Below the pieces are notes generated by a model, which saw nothing but the letters and a program-made list of their open reading frames with translations, was not told the origin of the DNA and made no database searches. DNA of 64,000 bases from an uncultured Alphaproteobacteria bacterium (GTDB lineage: Bacteria > Pseudomonadota > Alphaproteobacteria > HIMB59). The stretch is taken from contig CACGPU010000005.1 in NCBI GenBank assembly GCA_902575065.1, positions 7,901 through 71,900 of the forward strand. Reading direction: 5' to 3'. The position numbers and the translations under genes were made by a program. The first letter of the stretch is position 1. Every line of letters begins with the position of its first letter. Shown one piece after another: positions 47,374 to 55,855 of the stretch.

Positions 47374-48344
47374 CATACAGAGCAAGTGTTTCACTCGCTA
47401 TAGCTCAATCCATGAGAAAGGATCAAAAAGTATTTTTTATAGGTGAAGACGTAGGTGCTGCGGGTGGAGTATTTAAAGCGACGGTTGGTCTTTTAGAGGA
47501 GTTTGGTAAAGAGAGAGTCATGGATGCACCAATTTCAGAACAAGCGATTTTAGGTGCAGCTATGGGCGCAGCAATGACAGGCTTAAGACCAATTGCAGAA
47601 ATAATGTTTTCAGATTTTTTAGCTGTTTGTTGGGATATTGTGGCAAATCAAATTGCTAAAACTAGATATATGTCAGATGGCCAAATTAATATTCCATTGG
47701 TCATTAGGACTGCAAATGGTGGAGGATCAAAATTTGGTGCACAACATTCTCAAAGTTTAGAAAATTGGTCTATGATGATACCAGGTTTAAAAGTAGTCGC
47801 ACCAAGCTGCCCTAGTGATGTGTTGGGTTTGATGGATAGCGCTGTAAAGGACCCCGATCCTGTTATATTTTATGAACATAAATCACTTTATGCATTTAAA
47901 GAAGAAATTGAAAAAACTGATTTATTCATTCCTATCGGGGAGGCTAATACGATTCACGAGGGAAAAGATATTACTATTATTGGTCTAGCTTTAATGGCAC
48001 AAAGAGCAAAAGATGCTGCATTAATTTTGAAAGACAAACATGATATCAATGCAAAGGTAATCGATCTGAGATCTCTAGTGCCCCTAGATTTACAAACAAT
48101 AAAAAAATCTGTAATCGAGACAGGTCATGTCATGACAGTAGAAGAAAATCCAAGACTTTGTGGATGGGGAGCAGAAATATCATCTTTAATTTCAGAACAT
48201 TGTTTTAAAAATTTAAAAGGCCCTGTCACTAGAGTAACTACACCACACGTACCATTACCAAGTGCCGACATACTCGAAGATAATACAATTCCCTCAGTGG
48301 AACTAATTGTAAATGAGGTAATAAAAAAACTAAAAGGAGAATAA
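47361..48344 (+). CDS. TPP-dependent dehydrogenase E1 beta
   Basis: GEDVG..GGVF, PISEQ, EIMFSDF, GAQHSQ, DLRSL.PLD; GTG start. Confidence 0.92.
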   Translation: MAQLTYRASVSLAIAQSMRKDQKVFFIGEDVGAAGGVFKATVGLLEEFGKERVMDAPISEQAILGAAMGAAMTGLRPIAEIMFSDFLAVCWDIVANQIAKTRYMSDGQINIPLVIRTANGGGSKFGAQHSQSLENWSMMIPGLKVVAPSCPSDVLGLMDSAVKDPDPVIFYEHKSLYAFKEEIEKTDLFIPIGEANTIHEGKDITIIGLALMAQRAKDAALILKDKHDINAKVIDLRSLVPLDLQTIKKSVIETGHVMTVEENPRLCGWGAEISSLISEHCFKNLKGPVTRVTTPHVPLPSADILEDNTIPSVELIVNEVIKKLKGE

Positions 48345-48346
48345 TT

Positions 48347-48574
48347 ATGGAAATAATAATGCCATCCCTTGGAGAAACTGTTGACGAGGGAAAAGTAGTA
48401 AAGTGGCTTAAAAAAGTCGGAGATGAAATAAAAGAGGGAGATATACTTTGTGAAGTTGAGACTGATAAGACAGCTGCCGAGATACCCTCAACTGTCAATG
48501 GAAAATTAACAGAGATAATTGCACAAGAGGGAGATACGATCCCTGTAGGTGGTAAAATTGCCACTGTAGAATAA
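48347..48574 (+). CDS. stand-alone lipoyl-carrier domain
   Basis: MPSLGETV, W.KKVGD, EVETDKT lipoyl-Lys motif. Own SD (AAGGAG), ends in tandem TAA stops; 75 aa. Confidence 0.88.
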   Translation: MEIIMPSLGETVDEGKVVKWLKKVGDEIKEGDILCEVETDKTAAEIPSTVNGKLTEIIAQEGDTIPVGGKIATVE

Positions 48575-48598
48575 TAATTAAAACTGTTATAAATATTT

Positions 48599-50056
48599 AT
48601 GGAAATTAAAGACTCAAAATTTTATAGAGATAAGTGCTACATTAACGGTGAATGGGTTAATGCCGACTCGGGTGAGACAATATCTGTTAACAATCCAGCT
48701 AACTTGAAAGAGATTGGCACTGTCCCTAAGTGCGGAACATCTGAAACTAGAAATGCTATAGAAGCAGCAAATAATGCTTGGCCTGAATGGAAGGCAAAAT
48801 CTGCACGTCAAAGATCAGAAATACTCAGAAAATGGTTTGATTTAATGATTGAACATAAAGAAGAATTAGCTCAAATCATGACAGTTGAACAAGGAAAACC
48901 AATAAATGAGTCACGCGGAGAAATAGGCTATGGAGCCTCTTTTGTAGAATGGTTCTCAGAAGAAGCAAAGAGGGTTTATGGAGATACAATTCCAGATCCC
49001 ATGACCGATCGAAGAATTGTTGTTTTGAAGCAACCAGTTGGTGTAGTGGCATCTATTACACCATGGAATTTTCCTAATGCTATGATTACAAGAAAATGTG
49101 CACCAGCTTTAGCTGTTGGGTGCCCAGTTGTAATTAAACCAGCAAGTCAAACTCCTTATTCTGCACTCGCACTAGCTGTTTTGGCTGAGGAGGCAGGTTT
49201 CCCAAAAGGAACTTTAAATGTAATTACAGGAAAGGCCTCTGAAATCGGAGAGGAATTAGCCACAAATCCAATTGTCAGAAAATTATCTTTTACAGGCTCA
49301 ACAGAAATTGGAAAAATACTTTTACAGAAATGTTCTGGAACTGTAAAAAAAGTCTCAATGGAACTTGGTGGTCACGCACCCTTCATTGTATTTAATGATG
49401 CAAATATTGATGATGCAGTTGCGGGTGCAATCCAAAGCAAATTTAGAAATACAGGACAAACTTGTGTTTGTGCAAATAGAATTTATGTCCAAGAAAAAGT
49501 TCATGATGAGTTCTGTTCAAAATTTGTTGATGCTGTCTCTAAAATAAAAGTAGGAGATGGTTTAAATGAGGAAAATGCCTCTGGACCCATGATTGATGAG
49601 CACTCTTTAAGTAAAGTAGAGGAGCATGTCCAAGATGCATTACAATATGGCGCAAAAGTTGCAATTGGTGGATCTAAACATTCTTTGGGAATGAACTTTT
49701 ATCAGCCTACAATCCTCACTGAAGTCCCACCAGAAGCAAAAATTACAACTGAAGAAACATTTGGGCCAGTGGCTCCAATATACAAATTTAAAGATGAAAA
49801 AGAAGTAATTAAACTCGCAAATAACTCACCATATGGACTTGCATCCTATTTTTATTCCAGAGATATCGGAAGAATATGGAGAGTTGCTGAGGCACTTGAA
49901 TACGGAATGGTTGGAGTCAATACTGGATTAACTTCAAAAGCAGAGGCACCATTTGGAGGAATAAAAGAGTCTGGTCTTGGCAGAGAAGGCTCAAAGTATG
50001 GAATTGATGATTTTATTGAAATAAAATACATCAATATGTGCGGCCTAGACAAATAA
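48599..50056 (+). CDS. gabD: NAD(P)-dependent succinate-semialdehyde dehydrogenase-type ALDH
   Basis: ITPWNFP, KPA, FTGSTEIG, ELGGHAP, GQTCVCANR, EETFGP, PFGGIKESGLGREGS. Confidence 0.88.
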   Translation: MEIKDSKFYRDKCYINGEWVNADSGETISVNNPANLKEIGTVPKCGTSETRNAIEAANNAWPEWKAKSARQRSEILRKWFDLMIEHKEELAQIMTVEQGKPINESRGEIGYGASFVEWFSEEAKRVYGDTIPDPMTDRRIVVLKQPVGVVASITPWNFPNAMITRKCAPALAVGCPVVIKPASQTPYSALALAVLAEEAGFPKGTLNVITGKASEIGEELATNPIVRKLSFTGSTEIGKILLQKCSGTVKKVSMELGGHAPFIVFNDANIDDAVAGAIQSKFRNTGQTCVCANRIYVQEKVHDEFCSKFVDAVSKIKVGDGLNEENASGPMIDEHSLSKVEEHVQDALQYGAKVAIGGSKHSLGMNFYQPTILTEVPPEAKITTEETFGPVAPIYKFKDEKEVIKLANNSPYGLASYFYSRDIGRIWRVAEALEYGMVGVNTGLTSKAEAPFGGIKESGLGREGSKYGIDDFIEIKYINMCGLDK

Positions 50057-50065
50057 TTCATATTT

Positions 50066-51223
50066 ATGAACAAAGTCTTTAATGTTGGCTTAATAGGATG
50101 TGGTCATATTTCTGAAACATATTTTAGAGGACATGATTATTTTAATAATTTTCGCATAATTAAATGTGCTGATATTAATCATGAAAATTCTAAAAAATGT
50201 GCCGAAACTTATAATATAAACTCTTGTTCTGTTGATGAAATATTAAATGATAGTGAAGTCGATATTATTTTAAATTTAACTATTCCAAAGGCTCATTACG
50301 AGGTAGCAAAAAATTCGCTGGAGAGTGGTAAACATGTTTATAGTGAGAAACCAATGGCTGTAAATTTTTTAGATGGTGAAAATCTCTTAAAATTATCTAA
50401 AAGTAAAAACTTATACATTGGCAATGCTCCTGATACTTTTTTGGGTGGTGGAATTCAAAAATCTATTGAATTAATAAACGATAATAAAATTGGAAATGTT
50501 CGACTTGGAAATGCGATTTTTGCTTATCCAGGAGTTCAATCTTATCATCCCAATCCTGAACCATGGTTTGCAAATAATGAAGGTGGCCCAGTTATAGATA
50601 TGGGACCATACTATTTAACAGCTTTAGTAAATTTACTTGGCCCTGCTAAAAGCGTTCATGGTATTTCTACCAAAGTTTTCGATAAAAGAGTTATAGGCAT
50701 AGGTCCAAAAAAAGATCAGGAGTTTGATGTGGAATGTCAAACTAGCTATTTAGTTAATTTAGAATTTCATAATGGGGCTTTAATTCAAATAACTTTATCG
50801 TTTGATGTTGTAGCTCACCAACGTAATCACATAGAGCTTTACGGCGATAAAGGTTCTATGATTGTGCCTGATCCAAATATGTTTGGAGGCTCAGTATACA
50901 CAAGTACTGATGATAGTGGTGTTTGGCAAGAACACAAAACTGATGATATGCCCCTTGGTAAAATTAATATTACATCTCATAGCGGTAGGGCTAATGAGTC
51001 GCCAACTAATGCGAACTACCGTGGTGTCGGATTAGCTGAAATGGCATACTGTATTGATAATGAACTTGAACACAGATGTAGCGGAGAATTATCGTTACAC
51101 GTTTTGGATATTATTCAATCAACAATGAAGGCAGCAGACACCAAAACACCCCAAGAGATAAAGACTACTTTTAAGAAGGCAGATTATTTTTCACAAGAGG
51201 AAATACAAAAAATTCTTAAGTAA
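50066..51223 (+). CDS. Gfo/Idh/MocA family oxidoreductase
   Basis: GCGHIS, LNLTIP, SEKP, APDTFLG, GGPVIDMGPYY, VPDPN.FGG. Confidence 0.9.
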   Translation: MNKVFNVGLIGCGHISETYFRGHDYFNNFRIIKCADINHENSKKCAETYNINSCSVDEILNDSEVDIILNLTIPKAHYEVAKNSLESGKHVYSEKPMAVNFLDGENLLKLSKSKNLYIGNAPDTFLGGGIQKSIELINDNKIGNVRLGNAIFAYPGVQSYHPNPEPWFANNEGGPVIDMGPYYLTALVNLLGPAKSVHGISTKVFDKRVIGIGPKKDQEFDVECQTSYLVNLEFHNGALIQITLSFDVVAHQRNHIELYGDKGSMIVPDPNMFGGSVYTSTDDSGVWQEHKTDDMPLGKINITSHSGRANESPTNANYRGVGLAEMAYCIDNELEHRCSGELSLHVLDIIQSTMKAADTKTPQEIKTTFKKADYFSQEEIQKILK

Positions 51224-51257
51224 TTACAATAATTCCTCTAGACTTAATTTTCATTAA

Positions 51258-52220
51258 ATGAAATTTGATAATACAAAAAAAATTCTTGTAATAGGGAGAG
51301 CAGGATTAGATATTTATCCAGAGCCACCCGGTACAAAAATCTCCGATGTAAATAACTTTTCTTCTCATTTAGGGGGCTCGGCGGCAAATACTTGTGTTGC
51401 TCTATCAAACTTGGGTGTCAGCACTGATTTACTTACTTGTATATCTGACGATGCAATCGGAGAATACATAATTAACAAACTTAATGAATTCAAAGTTGGT
51501 GTAGAACACTGCAGAAAAGTTAATAAATCATTTCAAACACAAATAGCTGTTGTTGAAACTATTTTAAAAAATAACCAATCTATTCTTTACAGAAGTAATC
51601 CTTGTGATCTACAACTTAATAAGGAGGATATTAATAAAATTAATTTTAATAATTACTCTGCAGTATTCATCTCTGGAACTGCGCTTTCAGGAGAACCTTC
51701 AAGGAATGCTGTTTTGGTTGCCTCAAAACTAACTTCAGATCTCAAGATACCATTAATAATCGATCTTGATTATCGGCCTTACAACTGGGAGTCTGATACA
51801 ATCAAATCAGATGTTTATAAGGAAATTATGAATGAAATGGATATTATCATTGGAAACGATTTGGAATTTAATGTGGCTGATAATTCCACAAATGGACTTG
51901 AATTAGCAAAAGTGTATATTAAAAAAAAACCATCAGTAATTGTCTATAAAATGGGCGAAGAGGGATCTAAAGTATTTACTAAAGAAAATGAGAGCCAATA
52001 CGGGACATTCAATGTCGAAGCTATTAAACCCACGGGTGCAGGCGACGCATTCAATGGAGGTTTTATAAGCTCCCTATACAATGGCCTTAGTTTAGAGGAT
52101 GCAGTAATTCGGGGTTCCGCAAATGCTGCAATAGTTGTAACAAGAGTAGGTTGTTCCTCAGCTATGCCCAACAATCAGGAATTAGAAAAATTTATTAACC
52201 AAAATCAAAAGGAGTTATAG
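51258..52220 (+). CDS. iolC: 5-dehydro-2-deoxygluconokinase (PfkB domain only)
   Basis: GRAGLDIY, GGSAAN, DLDYRP, GND.EF, KPTGAGDAF; directly upstream of iolB. Confidence 0.88.
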   Translation: MKFDNTKKILVIGRAGLDIYPEPPGTKISDVNNFSSHLGGSAANTCVALSNLGVSTDLLTCISDDAIGEYIINKLNEFKVGVEHCRKVNKSFQTQIAVVETILKNNQSILYRSNPCDLQLNKEDINKINFNNYSAVFISGTALSGEPSRNAVLVASKLTSDLKIPLIIDLDYRPYNWESDTIKSDVYKEIMNEMDIIIGNDLEFNVADNSTNGLELAKVYIKKKPSVIVYKMGEEGSKVFTKENESQYGTFNVEAIKPTGAGDAFNGGFISSLYNGLSLEDAVIRGSANAAIVVTRVGCSSAMPNNQELEKFINQNQKEL

Positions 52221-53063
52221 ATGCACATCCCTTATTCAGATAATAAAAATCAAGCTTTATTTGGAGAAACAAATGAAACAGTACCCTTAGTTTATTTTAA
52301 TATTATCAATTTAAAAAAAGGTGAGTCCTATGAATACCAACTATCAAAACATGAAAGTAGCGTAGTTCCAGCAACAGGTATCGTCGAGATTACCGTGGAG
52401 GATAATAAGTTAGGACAGATTGGAAAAAGAACAACTGACGTATGGGATGGTGAACCTGAGGGTAGTTATATTCCTACAAATTCAAAATGTAAAATTACTT
52501 GTTTATCTGACTCCTCTGAGTGTTTCATAGCTGGTGGAATTTATGAAAAAAAATTAGAGCCATTTCTCGTTTTAAAAGAAGAACTAGATGTTGTTCAATA
52601 TGGCTCAGACGATACAAAAACTCACAGAAAAATTAAACATATCTTGGGTGCGAAACATCATGATCAAGTTGGTCGATTATTAGTAAATGAATTATATACT
52701 GTTGGCGCTGGAGGGTGGTCAGGCTTCCCTCCTCACAAACACGACACAGATGATCTCCCTCAAGAAACACGGCATGATGAAGTTTATAATTATCGATTTA
52801 AACCAGGACATGGTTTTGGTGTTCAAATTATGCAATCAGAAGATAAAAAAGAGGGTCACGGTTATCAACTTTTTAATGGCTCTACTATTGCAATAAATAA
52901 AGGATATCATCCATGTGTGGTTGCCCCAGGATATGAGATGTATTATTTTACAATCCTAGTAGGTCTTTCTCAAAGATCACTTATTCAATCTTTCCAAAAA
53001 ACCCATGCTTACCAATTAGAAACAATCCCAGGTATTAAGGATATGATAGCAAAATATAAATGA
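52221..53063 (+). CDS. iolB: 5-deoxy-glucuronate isomerase
   Basis: GGWSGFPPHKHD, EVYNYRF, GYHP, PGYEMYY. Confidence 0.92.
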   Translation: MHIPYSDNKNQALFGETNETVPLVYFNIINLKKGESYEYQLSKHESSVVPATGIVEITVEDNKLGQIGKRTTDVWDGEPEGSYIPTNSKCKITCLSDSSECFIAGGIYEKKLEPFLVLKEELDVVQYGSDDTKTHRKIKHILGAKHHDQVGRLLVNELYTVGAGGWSGFPPHKHDTDDLPQETRHDEVYNYRFKPGHGFGVQIMQSEDKKEGHGYQLFNGSTIAINKGYHPCVVAPGYEMYYFTILVGLSQRSLIQSFQKTHAYQLETIPGIKDMIAKYK

Positions 53064-53890
53064 CGATAGCTAGCCTCTCAGAAGTTTTACAAGAAGCAAA
53101 AAAAAATAATTATGCCATTGCAGGATTAGTGGTACTAGGTTGGGAGGATGCAAGATGTTATGCAGAAACAGCCGAAGAGCTCAAGGTGCCTGTGATTCTT
53201 CAAGCAGGACCAGGTTGTAGAGCGAATACACCTCTGCCAGTTTTAGGTAAAATGTTTAGATACTTGGCTGAGCAATCATCTAGTCCAATAGTTTGTCATT
53301 TAGATCATGGTTATACTAAAGAAGAGTGTTTAGAGGCAATTGACAACGGATTTACATCTGTAATGTTTGATGGATCCAAGCTTTCACTTAATGAAAACGT
53401 TGATAAAACAAGTGAAATCGTTGAATTAGCTCATAAACAAAATATTTCCGTTGAGGGAGAAATTGGATTTGTTGGTTACAATGATGGTGCTAAGTCACAA
53501 AGCACAGATCCAGAAGAAGCGAAGACATTTGCTGAATTAACCAAATGTGATGCTATGGCGATAAGTGCAGGAAACGTACACTTACAGACAAACAAATCCT
53601 CTTCTATTGATATGCAAGTCATAAAGAAGATAGAAACCTTAACCGAAGTACCATTGGTGCTTCACGGAAGTAGCGGTATCGACGATACACTTAAAAGAAC
53701 GATAGCAAATACAACGAATGTTTGTAAGTTTAATATCGGTACTGAACTTAGAAAAACTTTTGGCGATACTTTAAGAGAGGAAATTGTAAAAGATCCAAAT
53801 ACTTATGACCGTATTAAATTAATCAATTCAACTATCCCAAGATTAAAAGAAGTAACAAAAAAAGTTTTAGAGAATATTTCAAAAATTTAA
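53060..53890 (+). CDS. class II aldolase (IolJ-like 2-deoxy-5-keto-gluconate-6-P / fructose-bisphosphate aldolase)
   Basis: HLDHG, FTSVMFDGS, VEGEIG, GNVH, PLVLHG, KFNIGT; follows iolCB. Confidence 0.85.
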   Translation: MTIASLSEVLQEAKKNNYAIAGLVVLGWEDARCYAETAEELKVPVILQAGPGCRANTPLPVLGKMFRYLAEQSSSPIVCHLDHGYTKEECLEAIDNGFTSVMFDGSKLSLNENVDKTSEIVELAHKQNISVEGEIGFVGYNDGAKSQSTDPEEAKTFAELTKCDAMAISAGNVHLQTNKSSSIDMQVIKKIETLTEVPLVLHGSSGIDDTLKRTIANTTNVCKFNIGTELRKTFGDTLREEIVKDPNTYDRIKLINSTIPRLKEVTKKVLENISKI

Positions 53891-53896
53891 TCATTA

Positions 53897-54850
53897 ATGA
53901 TTAAATCACACACAATTGAAAATAAGTTTTTAAGAGTTAAGACTCTTAATATTGGTGCAACATTATTTGAAGTTTTTTACAAAAAGAAAAAAATCAATTT
54001 AATTCTTAATTTAGGAAATATCTCATCATATAAAAATAATAAAAATTACTTAGGCGCAACATGTGGCAGGTATGCAAATAGAATAAAAAAAGCTCAATTT
54101 CAGATCAAAGGAGTAAAATACAAATTAACTAAAAACGAGGGAAAAAATATACTACACGGCGGTAAAAAAGGGTTTGACTCAAAAATTTGGCAAGTTAAGA
54201 GCTTCTCTAAATCTCATATTAGCTATTATTGTATATCACCAGATAAAGATCAGGGTTTCCCAGGAGAATTATATTCCATTTGTGATTACTCAATTGTAAA
54301 TTCGACTTTCAAAATCAATATAAGTGCACAAACATCAAAAACTACTCACGTTAATTTAGTAAATCACGCCTATTGGAATTTAGATAAAATCAAAAAAGAT
54401 ATTTTTGATCACTACGTCCAAATCAATTCAAATCAGTACTTAGAAAATGATTCTGAAAATATACCAACTGGTAGGGTAATGAATGTAAAAGGAACACGTT
54501 TTGATTTTAAAAAATCAACTAGGATACGTGATAAATTTACTAATAAATTCAAGGGATTTGATGAAAATTTTATCATAAAAAAAAATTCTCGGTTTGTAGC
54601 TAAAATACAATCACCAAAAAGCAATATATCCCTAAAAATTTTTTCAAATCAACCTGGTGTTCAATTCTATACTGGTCAACATTTAAAATATTCCAGTAAT
54701 CGTATTAAAATTAAAAAATATCAAGGTATGTGTTTTGAAACTCAGGGTTTTCCAAATGCACCTAATAATCGAAAATTTCCTTCAACGCAATTAAACCCAT
54801 CACAAATTTATAAACACCAAATGAAGTTTGAAATTGGAGAAATTAAATAA
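53897..54850 (+). CDS. galM: aldose 1-epimerase
   Basis: GRYANRI, LHGG, GFPG, NHAYWNL, QPGVQFYTG, CFETQ. Confidence 0.92.
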   Translation: MIKSHTIENKFLRVKTLNIGATLFEVFYKKKKINLILNLGNISSYKNNKNYLGATCGRYANRIKKAQFQIKGVKYKLTKNEGKNILHGGKKGFDSKIWQVKSFSKSHISYYCISPDKDQGFPGELYSICDYSIVNSTFKINISAQTSKTTHVNLVNHAYWNLDKIKKDIFDHYVQINSNQYLENDSENIPTGRVMNVKGTRFDFKKSTRIRDKFTNKFKGFDENFIIKKNSRFVAKIQSPKSNISLKIFSNQPGVQFYTGQHLKYSSNRIKIKKYQGMCFETQGFPNAPNNRKFPSTQLNPSQIYKHQMKFEIGEIK

Positions 54851-55855
54851 TTATTCGGTTTTTTCTCTTAATTTTATATTCAATGTATCAAAAAATATTT
54901 GAGGAACGCTAAAAGCAAAATTATTTAAAAAAGCAACAGAACTAACTTGTATTTGATTTCCATCTAGCAATGGATCTATAAACTTTGATATTTGAACTTT
55001 ATCATCGACATAATTCCAATCAAAAGTAGCGTGAACACCTTTACCCTCAATATCGTAAAGATTTACAAAAATTATAGTTCCATTATTGAGTGTAAACCTA
55101 GCTTTTAAATCTGGAGAGTTAGGTAATTCTATCTTAAGTATAAAACCATTATGTTGAAGATCAGTTAATATATTTTGAGCATCGATAATTTTATCATTAT
55201 CAATTTCATTAAATTGAGAGGTTAAATTTGTATGTTTCAGTTCTCCTTCTTTCATACTTAAGTTAATCATATTTTGATTATAAATTTGAATTGATTGAAT
55301 TTGAGATTTACCGACATTTATTAAATCGGTGGGTACCCAATAGAAATCAGATACATCGGCGGTTAAGTTTGTTGAAACCAAATAAGATTGATTAGACTCA
55401 GGAGCTTTTATATAAGATCCTGGGATATTGTAATTATAAATACCAATATCTAGTGAATACAATACTTCACCGTCTTCAGATTTTAATATTAATTGCATTT
55501 TATTTTCATCATCTAGACCCAATTTGTATAAAAGATCTTCACGATTAGTTTTAGCATCTAAAATATTTGCTTCACGAAGTTGAATAAAAAACCTACTTAA
55601 AAGCTCAGTATTTGCCGGAAAATTATTTGAGCTTGAAATAAGCCATTGATTATCAATGATTTCAATAACAGATTTTCCATTTTGATTAGAAAATTCAATG
55701 TATGCTATTTCCGGTAAAACATCATCAAAACTAGGAAATAATACTTCAGATGATGACTTGTTAGAGATATTTTTGCCATCAAAATACATGCCAAGGGCAA
55801 TCATTAAAAATCCAAAAGATAGTAAAACCAATATTTTTAAATTTTTAATGTACAT
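54851..55855 (-). CDS. membrane-anchored periplasmic protein (DUF4340-like) of Gld-type ABC operon
   Basis: N-terminal TM; W...NFPAN, KT....LYKLGL, SYLV motifs; position after GldG-like gene. Confidence 0.65.
   Translation of the reverse strand: MYIKNLKILVLLSFGFLMIALGMYFDGKNISNKSSSEVLFPSFDDVLPEIAYIEFSNQNGKSVIEIIDNQWLISSSNNFPANTELLSRFFIQLREANILDAKTNREDLLYKLGLDDENKMQLILKSEDGEVLYSLDIGIYNYNIPGSYIKAPESNQSYLVSTNLTADVSDFYWVPTDLINVGKSQIQSIQIYNQNMINLSMKEGELKHTNLTSQFNEIDNDKIIDAQNILTDLQHNGFILKIELPNSPDLKARFTLNNGTIIFVNLYDIEGKGVHATFDWNYVDDKVQISKFIDPLLDGNQIQVSSVAFLNNFAFSVPQIFFDTLNIKLREKTE

Noticed and set aside
46369-48574. Housekeeping pyruvate dehydrogenase pdhABC, or an E2 pseudogene
   Set aside because: No E2 core, E3 or remnant sequence; clean gene boundaries; embedded in a substrate-specific operon.
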